Below, in pieces: positions 1 to 7,638 of a DNA stretch of 64,000 nt; the first letter of the stretch is position 1; every line of letters begins with the position of its first letter. The notes beneath the pieces are model-generated. The model did no database searches, was not told the origin of the DNA, and saw nothing but the letters and a program-made list of their open reading frames with translations. The DNA is from a virus. Its lineage: Duplodnaviria; Heunggongvirae; Uroviricota; Caudoviricetes. The DNA is taken from the IMG/VR virus record IMGVR_UViG_3300009788_001732, positions 9,963-73,962 of that record; one strand, 5' to 3'. Position numbers and translations under genes: made by a program.

Positions 1-767
1 GAGGCTAGCGCCATGATTGCAGACGTCTTACCGTTGCCGGGCGAGCCGTAAAACAAATAGCCGCGTCTATACGGTAGACTACGCTTCATGTACCATTCTT
101 CGCTGTCAAGGAAAGTTTGGATATCACTGACTAACTCGTTCAACAAATTATCAGGTAGAATTACAGACTCTAGCGATCGCTTAAGAGCCCAAGTATTACT
201 GAGCCAATCACCATAATTTCTAGAGCGATGAATGGCTATTTTATCAACAGTGTGAGAGTGTGAGAAATCATATGCTTCTTGTATCAATTCTAGCGCAAGG
301 TTACGATTGCGACCTATGAGTCGTATTGTAAAATACTCGCGAAAAGGGTCATGGCCCATACCTGCCACAGCAGGCCCGTCATCACCACCCATCTGCTGGC
401 GGTTACGGTTCAATATCATAAGTCTGCGCCTGTACCACAACCAGTGATTACCAGGTGCGGGAGAAAAAATGATCTTTGGCTTGTCAAATTCACGATTAGT
501 ATGTTCAGTTTTAACAGTCAGTAACCGCGCCCGGTGTTTTGAATAGTTATGATTAGCAAGCCACAAATTTACCCAGTGGAACGCTTGATCCTTATCAGGT
601 ATATCAATAACAATCATCGATTGTCGTTTAATAAATTCCCAAATTCGCCCAGGCCACGCTCGAACTAGTGCAAGGAGAGCACCACCCACCATGAGCAACA
701 AACCCCCTTGAAACAATTCATTGTTTGCTACCTGGTCCTGGATAAACTGTACCAGTTGTTCTAACAT
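1..767 (-). CDS. BCS1-like AAA+ ATPase, N-terminal ~255 aa; C-terminus lies beyond the window start
   Basis: My own translation of the open minus-strand frame from ATG at 767 to position 3 has no stop codon. It shows an N-terminal hydrophobic helix and a Bcs1_N-like region (SPAPGNHWLWYRRRLMILNRNR; LESVILPDNLLNELVSD). These run into the Walker A motif PYRRGYLFYGSPGNGKTSAIMALA at nt 60-3, which closely parallels yeast/human BCS1 ([25 protein letters not shown]). The ORF is not in the supplied track because it runs off the edge. Confidence 0.8.
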   Translation of the reverse strand, partial: MLEQLVQFIQDQVANNELFQGGLLLMVGGALLALVRAWPGRIWEFIKRQSMIVIDIPDKDQAFHWVNLWLANHNYSKHRARLLTVKTEHTNREFDKPKIIFSPAPGNHWLWYRRRLMILNRNRQQMGGDDGPAVAGMGHDPFREYFTIRLIGRNRNLALELIQEAYDFSHSHTVDKIAIHRSRNYGDWLSNTWALKRSLESVILPDNLLNELVSDIQTFLDSEEWYMKRSLPYRRGYLFYGSPGNGKTSAIMALA

Positions 768-970
768 GATTTTCCCCATTTACACCATGAGAATACTCCC
801 ACGTCTACGACGAGTAGTTTAATTGCGAGTAGATCATATTGAGTCGTTGTGAATCCGCGCCAACACCACAGCAAACTCCCAACGATACCTAACATAAATC
901 CAAATCGCTTTTTATAAGCAATCGCAAGCATACCAGATATGATAAAAGCGTTGCCGATCCAACCAATCAT
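761..970 (-). CDS. small hydrophobic protein (two predicted TM segments)
   Basis: 69-aa ORF with two hydrophobic stretches (GNAFIISGMLAIAY; MLGIVGSLLWCW). Its stop overlaps the start of the BCS1-like gene (ATG 767, stop 761-763). Confidence 0.35.
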   Translation of the reverse strand: MIGWIGNAFIISGMLAIAYKKRFGFMLGIVGSLLWCWRGFTTTQYDLLAIKLLVVDVGVFSWCKWGKSC

Positions 971-1188
971 TCTGCGTGTCTCAATACAAGTATGAGTTGG
1001 GGTATCAAAGTATTTTCATCAGCAGAATCTCCTGGCTGCTGATAATCGATCGTAAAGACATTAGACATACCACCACATAGATTGGATTCTGTAGCCATCT
1101 TTTCAAACAACTGTGCGAGCCGTGGCCCGTCAATCGTCGCAGTTTGAATCCGTTTCAATGCTTCCATCTGGATCATCTTCATTATCAT
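967..1188 (-). CDS. hypothetical protein
   Basis: 73-aa ORF with no recognisable motif. It overlaps the next ORF by ~59 nt, so one of the two starts is probably wrong. Confidence 0.3.
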   Translation of the reverse strand: MIMKMIQMEALKRIQTATIDGPRLAQLFEKMATESNLCGGMSNVFTIDYQQPGDSADENTLIPQLILVLRHAE

Positions 1189-1468
1189 TATCTTCGATGT
1201 TAGGTTCTCTTACAATTTCAACTGCCGCGGGTAGACGATGCTTTTTATGAATGCCAAGGTCACACTTAATCAACGCACGAGCAGTTGAACGATTATCGGC
1301 ATAAACTACATCGCTCAACGAACCATATGTCCACATGTATTTGTAGAGCGGCGGTCGATTAGTAAAATCTTGCGCGATGCCGCGCTTTGTGGTGGCCTTT
1401 TTCTTCCGACCAAAATCACAATGTGCGCGTTTTCCGATTTGCTGAGTGTACCTATATTTGCGTGACAT
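1130..1468 (-). CDS. hypothetical protein with strongly acidic C-terminus
   Basis: 112-aa ORF ending in a DNDNEDDPDGSIETDSNCDD tail. Confidence 0.35.
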   Translation of the reverse strand: MSRKYRYTQQIGKRAHCDFGRKKKATTKRGIAQDFTNRPPLYKYMWTYGSLSDVVYADNRSTARALIKCDLGIHKKHRLPAAVEIVREPNIEDNDNEDDPDGSIETDSNCDD

Positions 1469-1469
1469 T

Positions 1470-1787
1470 CTACTCTGACTTTGGGAGGATTTTCAACGGG
1501 TCCTGAGCATTTAGGATAGTGATTGGGTTCACTTTTCCGCCCATTAACATTGATCCACTGGCTGTTGCCATGCGTCCCAATGCCTCGGTCAATTTGTCTC
1601 GATCAACAATTTTGTCATCATCGACAGACACAATTTCCCACGAAACATACACACCTATTGCTGCGGCCATATCTTGAATAGCCCGCAATGTTTCTTCTAC
1701 ACAAGTGCGCGCACCAAAGCTTTTACGAAGTCGAGCAGCGAGGTCCATGTCTGGTCGCATCTGCAACGGTTGTTGTTCTTCACTCAT
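1470..1787 (-). CDS. hypothetical protein
   Basis: 105-aa ORF, tightly packed with its neighbours in the same orientation. Confidence 0.4.
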   Translation of the reverse strand: MSEEQQPLQMRPDMDLAARLRKSFGARTCVEETLRAIQDMAAAIGVYVSWEIVSVDDDKIVDRDKLTEALGRMATASGSMLMGGKVNPITILNAQDPLKILPKSE

Positions 1788-2284
1788 ACTTTCACCTCGA
1801 ATACAAAGAGATATTGATCAAACTGTTGACCGTAGAGATGTACCTTGGTTGGAAGAATCATAGCCGCTTTGAAACCTAATTTATTGAGCCATCTGCTAAC
1901 ATCATCCTCAGAGCTTGGTTGGCACTGATATTCTGGCACAGAGATTGTCATGTAAGGACAGCCCTTCTTTCGGGCTTCTTCATGTCCATGTGCAAGCAAT
2001 TTTTGTCCGACATATTGATTTCGATGAAGTGGACGCACACACAACTTGTGAATATGCAGCGTTGTTAATTTTGCTTTGAACTCTGGTAATCTAAATGCTT
2101 GTCGTTCATAGATAAGCATCCCTATTGGTACTTGACTCTTGAGAGCGACGATACACCCAGCCTGAGGATTTTCTGCGATTTGTCCCCACCACTCTGAGTC
2201 GGCTGGCGATTGTTCGTGACATTTCAAGTCAATATCATACAAGTGTACCAAGTCATTGTTAGTAGCTGGACGAAAATGAATCAT
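1784..2284 (-). CDS. GNAT family N-acetyltransferase
   Basis: Acetyl-CoA binding motif A pattern HRNQYVGQKLLAHGHEEARKKGC (Q/RxxGxG/A). I set the start at the internal Met (MIHF...), which avoids overlap with the upstream gene; the track start is 2317. Confidence 0.6.
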   Translation of the reverse strand: MIHFRPATNNDLVHLYDIDLKCHEQSPADSEWWGQIAENPQAGCIVALKSQVPIGMLIYERQAFRLPEFKAKLTTLHIHKLCVRPLHRNQYVGQKLLAHGHEEARKKGCPYMTISVPEYQCQPSSEDDVSRWLNKLGFKAAMILPTKVHLYGQQFDQYLFVFEVKV

Positions 2285-3306
2285 CGGTACGCTGGTCTTC
2301 CCAATTGACTGAACCAATCTTCTTCTTCAGAGCCATTACTTGCCATCCCAGTAGCACGTTTCTGAAGCATTTCAAACGCTGCATTGCTGTCGATGCGCGA
2401 CATGTCTTGAAATATGTATCCGTTTGAGATAGCGTCCCACAGCTTTTTGATGCGATCAAATAATTCTGTTTGGAACTTACCACTTACACGAGCCTTATGA
2501 TTGGCAACACGTATGAGTGGGCGCTCACACTCTCCCATAAATTTGCTGACAATTTCATCGATACAGACTACAACATTCTCATCGCCAACATTTTCACCCA
2601 TTAGCCATCCGTATATAGACAACTGAGTCGCCCAATCTTCGTCGCAAGTTTCAAGAAAGCCTTGGTTTATTGTGAGGCCGTTAAAATTCATTGCGAGATA
2701 TTTAGTGTGTTCCTTGTTATGACTTCGGCTTGGCTTACCTTCAGATTGCCGCTTGGCTATATTTCGTCCAACCCAATCAAAACCATCCCGACACAAGGCG
2801 TAACCTTTCATAGGGCTAGCACCATACTTGGAACAGTAGCCGCGAACCTTCCAATCAAGAATGATGTGAATGCCATTTACATTGATGAAACGACAGTCGG
2901 GCTTACCGAAGAGAGGGACGCCGTCCACAACATTATTAGCATCGAACTCGAATTGCGGGTCTTCTTTGGCATCCTTCATCAAGACCAGTAGTTCATCGTA
3001 TGAGCCAGTCTCAACATAGTTGTCGAAACAATGCAGACCCATTTGACGAGCCTCATCACGATTATGTTCTTCAACTTGTTGTTCAAACAACGTATTGAAT
3101 TCAAATTTCGGATTATGTGTTGGACCGAAAAGAGCCGAGTATAGATTCGATTTGACCCATGCATCAAAAGCAGACCCGACTGAAGCTGGTAAGGCTTGGG
3201 GCGTCCGAGGAGGTTTGTTATCTACCAAATATCGTAAGGCATACTCGGTAGGGTCTTTTTCCCAAAGCATGAATGCTGAGGGAGATAAAGCACGTGGTGT
3301 TCTCAT
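2281..3306 (-). CDS. PD-(D/E)xK nuclease-like protein (putative exonuclease/recombination nuclease)
   Basis: GKPDCRF followed ~15 aa later by IILDWKVRGY gives a PD...DxK arrangement. It lies immediately beside the DNA ligase gene. Motif-level call only. Confidence 0.4.
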   Translation of the reverse strand: MRTPRALSPSAFMLWEKDPTEYALRYLVDNKPPRTPQALPASVGSAFDAWVKSNLYSALFGPTHNPKFEFNTLFEQQVEEHNRDEARQMGLHCFDNYVETGSYDELLVLMKDAKEDPQFEFDANNVVDGVPLFGKPDCRFINVNGIHIILDWKVRGYCSKYGASPMKGYALCRDGFDWVGRNIAKRQSEGKPSRSHNKEHTKYLAMNFNGLTINQGFLETCDEDWATQLSIYGWLMGENVGDENVVVCIDEIVSKFMGECERPLIRVANHKARVSGKFQTELFDRIKKLWDAISNGYIFQDMSRIDSNAAFEMLQKRATGMASNGSEEEDWFSQLGRPAYR

Positions 3307-3315
3307 AGTATTACT

Positions 3316-4443
3316 CTATGTTCCGCGGAAGTACCGTGCTTCCTTGGGTATTCCAGAGTCTGACAATTCTCGGTACTTGAATTGCACTGTGTCGCCGACT
3401 TTGAAATGCTTACCACTGAAGGCAGCAGGCATATCTGCGCCGGGCTTCGCCATTGCATATCTTGATTCCTCCCGCGTGGCAAACTCTCGTTCAGTATGTG
3501 TCAGACCAGCGATTTCTAAACATTTGCCGTTATAAACTGTAACCAAGGCGCCGATCTTACCAAGTAAGGTCCCTTCCTTACCCTTACGCCCTGACGTAAA
3601 CCCGGTCACTACAGCTTCAGCGTCGTGATGTGGTTTGTATTTTAGGATATGTTTCATACGCTTTGGAAACCAAGTAGCTTCGGCGGATCGAATAATTAAC
3701 CCCTCGCCACCTACGTCAAGGACCCTTTCAAGTAGTCGCTCAACTTCACACTCGGCCTTTAGATTATTGTTAGGCAACTTGGTCTGAGGATGCAAGTAAG
3801 CAAAATTAGTCGGTGTACTTAAAGCGTCATTTAGTAAGTGAAGTTCTTGATCGAAAGAGGAGCCACTCATTACTTGCTTAAAATCGTCTTCAAAGGGTAA
3901 TTCACCAATATGAAGTGCCAACCAAACCCTAATGCTATCCCACTGAATTGCACAATGGAAATTGGCGTTCTTAATTTCTCCATCACCAAAGATTGCCTGG
4001 AATGGCGGACTACTGTAAACGGCAAATTGAATGTCCTTCCACTCTGAGTCAATTGGATTGTCTTTACGAATGATTGACATTGTGGTCTGGAATTGACCTC
4101 GCCCAGCAAAGAGTTCACCATCCAGTGGGACGCACGGCAGCCCATTCAAGAACCAGTCCGGCGCCATTATTGGATTGCCATACCGTGACCACAGACCGGT
4201 AGCGACTGGGCGAATCTTCTTTTTTAGCTCGCCTGTCTTTGGATCAATAACGCTGGCCCAAGGCACATCCTTAGTATTCAAACCACGTGAAATGCCACCG
4301 TCCCAGAAGCAACGCCCTCCGTCAAGTTTCTCACTGACATACCAACCTGCAAGATTGTAGCCGCCACTAGGTGTCTTGGCTGGATCGTACTTGTTTGCAA
4401 GTTGAAGGAATTCGCGCCGCTTTAATTTACTTGCTGTCGTCAT
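3316..4443 (-). CDS. ATP-dependent DNA ligase
   Basis: Nucleotidyltransferase motif I EKLDGGR (KxDGxR), motif IV EGLIIR and motif V LKYKP are all present, at ~375 aa. Confidence 0.85.
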   Translation of the reverse strand: MTTASKLKRREFLQLANKYDPAKTPSGGYNLAGWYVSEKLDGGRCFWDGGISRGLNTKDVPWASVIDPKTGELKKKIRPVATGLWSRYGNPIMAPDWFLNGLPCVPLDGELFAGRGQFQTTMSIIRKDNPIDSEWKDIQFAVYSSPPFQAIFGDGEIKNANFHCAIQWDSIRVWLALHIGELPFEDDFKQVMSGSSFDQELHLLNDALSTPTNFAYLHPQTKLPNNNLKAECEVERLLERVLDVGGEGLIIRSAEATWFPKRMKHILKYKPHHDAEAVVTGFTSGRKGKEGTLLGKIGALVTVYNGKCLEIAGLTHTEREFATREESRYAMAKPGADMPAAFSGKHFKVGDTVQFKYRELSDSGIPKEARYFRGT

Positions 4444-4500
4444 TTGTTTCCTTGATCAAGTGTCTAATGACAAATTGATTGGGCACCTAACCTTGTCACA

Positions 4501-4971
4501 TTACGGGTCAGCCGGCGTAGGACTCCTGTCTTTCATATCAGGCTCAGGTACATTGATATTGTTGGCTTCCAGCACTTCAATCAACTGCACAAGGTATAAA
4601 CCCTGCCCTGTGATAATTATGTTTTGCATCTGAAGGTGTAAAGCCATGTCATTATAACCCTGACTTAACTGTGCATATCCCTTAATTAAACTTTCCATCT
4701 CCTCTTCAAGCTCATACACATGTTGCCGCTCCTCGTCAAGCCACTCTTCAAGCTCATGTACATATTGCTCAATGAAACTTTGCATTGTTTCTTCAAGCTC
4801 ATGCATATGTTGTGCTTCATGCTCTGTTAGCGCACCGATCCGCGCCGTACTGATTCGAGACTCATTTACCAGCCCCACAAAGGTACCTTCGGCCGACCAC
4901 ATGAGGAGAAGGCTCAAGCATGCTACTGTAAGACATACACTTATGCACAGTACAAAGATTTTCTTAGACAT
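4501..4971 (-). CDS. putative secreted/lipoprotein with HELEE repeats
   Basis: N-terminal signal-like hydrophobic segment ending in LTVAC (lipobox-like), followed by three ~12-aa repeats (HMHELEET / YVHELEEW / HVYELEEE). The repeats are visible as DNA repeats at 4680-4860. Confidence 0.4.
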   Translation of the reverse strand: MSKKIFVLCISVCLTVACLSLLLMWSAEGTFVGLVNESRISTARIGALTEHEAQHMHELEETMQSFIEQYVHELEEWLDEERQHVYELEEEMESLIKGYAQLSQGYNDMALHLQMQNIIITGQGLYLVQLIEVLEANNINVPEPDMKDRSPTPADP

Positions 4972-5584
4972 TCTGACACCTCCAAGCTAGTTCGTCAAAG
5001 CGATCACAGATTGCTATGTCCGTATCGTCGTTGTACAACGGGTTCCACGGGCGCGGTACAAGTAGAGATTCACCGCCTTCCGCGACAAAATTCTCACAGT
5101 TTTCTAGATGGTCGTCGACTAACATAACTCCCGGCTTCCCAAGAAGCCATTTACGAGGCGTGATGAAATATTGTCGGTGAATCCAATCAGGTAGGTTATC
5201 CCAAATCCAATGTAGTTTATCAGCATGAGACTGCGGGTCTTTTGTCGGTGTGGTCGCAAGGTACACCTCTTTAGGACCAACGAGTTCAGCCGCGCGTTCC
5301 AATAGCCAATTACATTGAGAGGTTTTAGGAGCTGTCCGCCATAGGTTTGCGTCTGTCACACCTTGCCAAAATGCAGGAATATTTGGGACATACCCACGCG
5401 TATTATCTTTGGTATACGGAACTTTGCCACCTAACATCTCGCACGCAGCTATAATGTTATAGCCTGCGTCTGTTGGAAACTTATCATAATCGAACGGCCC
5501 GACATCACATCCGTAGTGTTGTAAAACATGCAGTGTGAGACTGCTGAGCACATCATCGACATCTAGTATGATTCGTTTGATCAT
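4964..5584 (-). CDS. HAD-superfamily 5'(3')-deoxyribonucleotidase-like protein
   Basis: N-terminal ILDVDDVL (DxDxV/T HAD motif I) and a later VMLVDDH motif, as in phage and bacterial 5' nucleotidases. Confidence 0.65.
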   Translation of the reverse strand: MIKRIILDVDDVLSSLTLHVLQHYGCDVGPFDYDKFPTDAGYNIIAACEMLGGKVPYTKDNTRGYVPNIPAFWQGVTDANLWRTAPKTSQCNWLLERAAELVGPKEVYLATTPTKDPQSHADKLHWIWDNLPDWIHRQYFITPRKWLLGKPGVMLVDDHLENCENFVAEGGESLLVPRPWNPLYNDDTDIAICDRFDELAWRCQNV

Positions 5585-6198
5585 GTGTCTAATCTTTGTT
5601 TGAGTTCATTGTACCGTTGCAACAATTCATGACGCATAAAATTGATAGCTCGTCGCGGGATGTCAAGCCTATCTGCAATCTCTTGATCTGTGCTGCCATT
5701 TTCACGCATATCTATTATAATACGATCTTCTGGACTTTGGCAAGCAGCGTAAATCAAATCCTTAGAATCGACTAATTCTGTAGGATTTGCAACATCCAAG
5801 CCCGGCGGGACGTAGTTTTCAGGAATTTGCTGCTTCTTGTTATTCTCGACGAGTTTACATATGGCCCACACAATTCGATTCCCAATGAACCCAGTACAAT
5901 TGCCGCCGGATTCCGGCGTATCCATGTCAGCTAATTTATGGACTGCTGCTGTTAATGCTACCAGCCCCTCGCTAACAAGATCATCGAATAAGAATCCAAC
6001 ACCGCTATGTAGTTTAATATAAGTATCGACTTTAGCCATTACAAGAGGAACATTTGCTTCAATCATCGCGTCGATTACCGCCCCCCGGTCTGAAGCTGGC
6101 ACCCTCCGAATCTTTTCCATATTCTCTTGATTGCTGGCCGCTGTTGCGCCTCGCTGACCAGGTTTGATTAATGGGTGCTGTCTCATGCTATTCTCCAC
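5581..6198 (-). CDS. sigma-70 family (ECF-like) sigma factor
   Basis: C-terminal region-4-like HTH STDQEIADRLDIPRRAINFMRHEL and a region-2-like segment, at 205 aa. Confidence 0.7.
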   Translation of the reverse strand: MENSMRQHPLIKPGQRGATAASNQENMEKIRRVPASDRGAVIDAMIEANVPLVMAKVDTYIKLHSGVGFLFDDLVSEGLVALTAAVHKLADMDTPESGGNCTGFIGNRIVWAICKLVENNKKQQIPENYVPPGLDVANPTELVDSKDLIYAACQSPEDRIIIDMRENGSTDQEIADRLDIPRRAINFMRHELLQRYNELKQRLDT

Positions 6199-6674
6199 AG
6201 CATGACAAGAAAGCGATCTCGATACTCAGCGTCGGAAAGTTCGAGAAGCGGGAATATGTCTTCCGTGGCGGGGTCGTATATTATAGCGAAATCTCCTCGT
6301 CCTTCGTAAGCCATCGCATGCCCAAGACCAGCGGCAGTTCGGCATTCAATTACACCCTTGCTCCTGAACAAATTTTCACTAAACCAACGCCAATTCCCTG
6401 TGTCAAACACCTTGGGATTTGTAATAGAAGCCTTGCTAACAGCTTGCGGATATAATTCGACCGGAGTAACAGACATTTCATCTTGAAGGCACATTTTAAT
6501 CATCTCTTGTGGATGGAAGCCACGCCGACACAATGGCTCAGGCAACCCAGCGTGAGTGATTTCGCTTCCGTCGTGGCCCACGACGCCGAGTACAGCTTCG
6601 AGACTCACTTCGAGTGCAATTGCGAAGGCCGTAGGTAAACACGACCATGCGTTTGGGTTCTTTAGAGGTTTCAC
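6183..6674 (-). CDS. papain-like cysteine peptidase (C39-like)
   Basis: NAWSCLPTAFAIAL resembles the C39 catalytic-Cys motif (NDCGPAALAMIL). A downstream GLGHAMAY resembles the catalytic His motif. Confidence 0.4.
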   Translation of the reverse strand: MKPLKNPNAWSCLPTAFAIALEVSLEAVLGVVGHDGSEITHAGLPEPLCRRGFHPQEMIKMCLQDEMSVTPVELYPQAVSKASITNPKVFDTGNWRWFSENLFRSKGVIECRTAAGLGHAMAYEGRGDFAIIYDPATEDIFPLLELSDAEYRDRFLVMLWRIA

Positions 6675-6677
6675 GAG

Positions 6678-7232
6678 CTACATCACTCCCAGGTCAGTAA
6701 AGAAATTGCCAGACCCATCAGTGATAGGTGGGTTGGCAGGGTTCCAAAGTTCTCCGTTGACAAGTACATCAGGCGCACCTTCGACCACTCCTCCATGATA
6801 ACTCAATTGAACACCGGCTTCAACTAACATTTCCAAAGCTTCGTTTACTGAAGACTGCCAACGCTCTGGCGTCATTTGCATCCTCTCGCGGTGCATAACG
6901 ACAACCAAGACACCAGAGTTAATAATTGCTCTTGCACAATCACAGCAGGCTGCCCATGGTACATACATTGTAGATGCATAAACTTTACTGCCAGCCCGGG
7001 CCGCTTGATAAATAGCAGCACGTTCAGCATGTTCAAAGTAGCGATATTTATCAGGTCTAACTGTTGATCTTTCTTCAGTGAATTCCACGCCAGTCGGAAA
7101 GTTGTTGTTTCCCGTGGCGATAATTTCATTATTTGAAGACACCAAAACAGAGCCATTTTGGTTTGACTTATCTCTGCTCTGTGCCGCTATACAATACGCA
7201 TTCCGCAGGTATTCTTCTGTTTGTTCACTCAT
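6678..7232 (-). CDS. dCMP deaminase (cytidine/deoxycytidylate deaminase family)
   Basis: Zinc-binding HAERAAIY ... PCCDCARAI (H-x-E ... PCxxC). I placed the start at the internal Met (MSEQ...) to avoid overlap with the upstream gene; the track ORF runs to 7319. Confidence 0.85.
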   Translation of the reverse strand: MSEQTEEYLRNAYCIAAQSRDKSNQNGSVLVSSNNEIIATGNNNFPTGVEFTEERSTVRPDKYRYFEHAERAAIYQAARAGSKVYASTMYVPWAACCDCARAIINSGVLVVVMHRERMQMTPERWQSSVNEALEMLVEAGVQLSYHGGVVEGAPDVLVNGELWNPANPPITDGSGNFFTDLGVM

Positions 7233-7236
7233 TTGG

Positions 7237-7638
7237 TCAATACCTATCAATGGAGTCAAGTAATTCATCCAGGCTTGGTTGATTAAATGGGTCCCCATAC
7301 TTAGGCTTCCAATAATCAAACCAGTTTGGTTGTCGAAACAATCGTTTAACTTGCTCGTGTGTTCCCGCAGTCATAATCCAGATACCAATATTGTGTCGAT
7401 GCCACCTGGGCCACTTATCACGTTGTGCAGCCGTGTATTCATACTTGCCTTCGACTTTAACATCAACCCAACGTTGGCCATACTGTGAATGCCCCAAGTA
7501 CAAATCAGGGAACCCTTTCATGTACTTGTTGCCGTGCGTAACCTCAACTAACCAACCTAGGCCCTCAAGAAGAGGTCGAATCTCCCTGTCTCGAATTCTA
7601 GTTTCTTCTGAATTGCGGCTATATCTCTTGGCCATCAT
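7237..7638 (-). CDS. VRR-NUC domain nuclease
   Basis: GFPDLYL ... VDVK arrangement (PD-(D/E)xK, VRR-NUC-like). I set the start at MMAKRY, which gives an ATGA overlap with the polymerase stop; the track ORF start of 7719 lies inside the polymerase gene. Confidence 0.55.
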   Translation of the reverse strand: MMAKRYSRNSEETRIRDREIRPLLEGLGWLVEVTHGNKYMKGFPDLYLGHSQYGQRWVDVKVEGKYEYTAAQRDKWPRWHRHNIGIWIMTAGTHEQVKRLFRQPNWFDYWKPKYGDPFNQPSLDELLDSIDRY

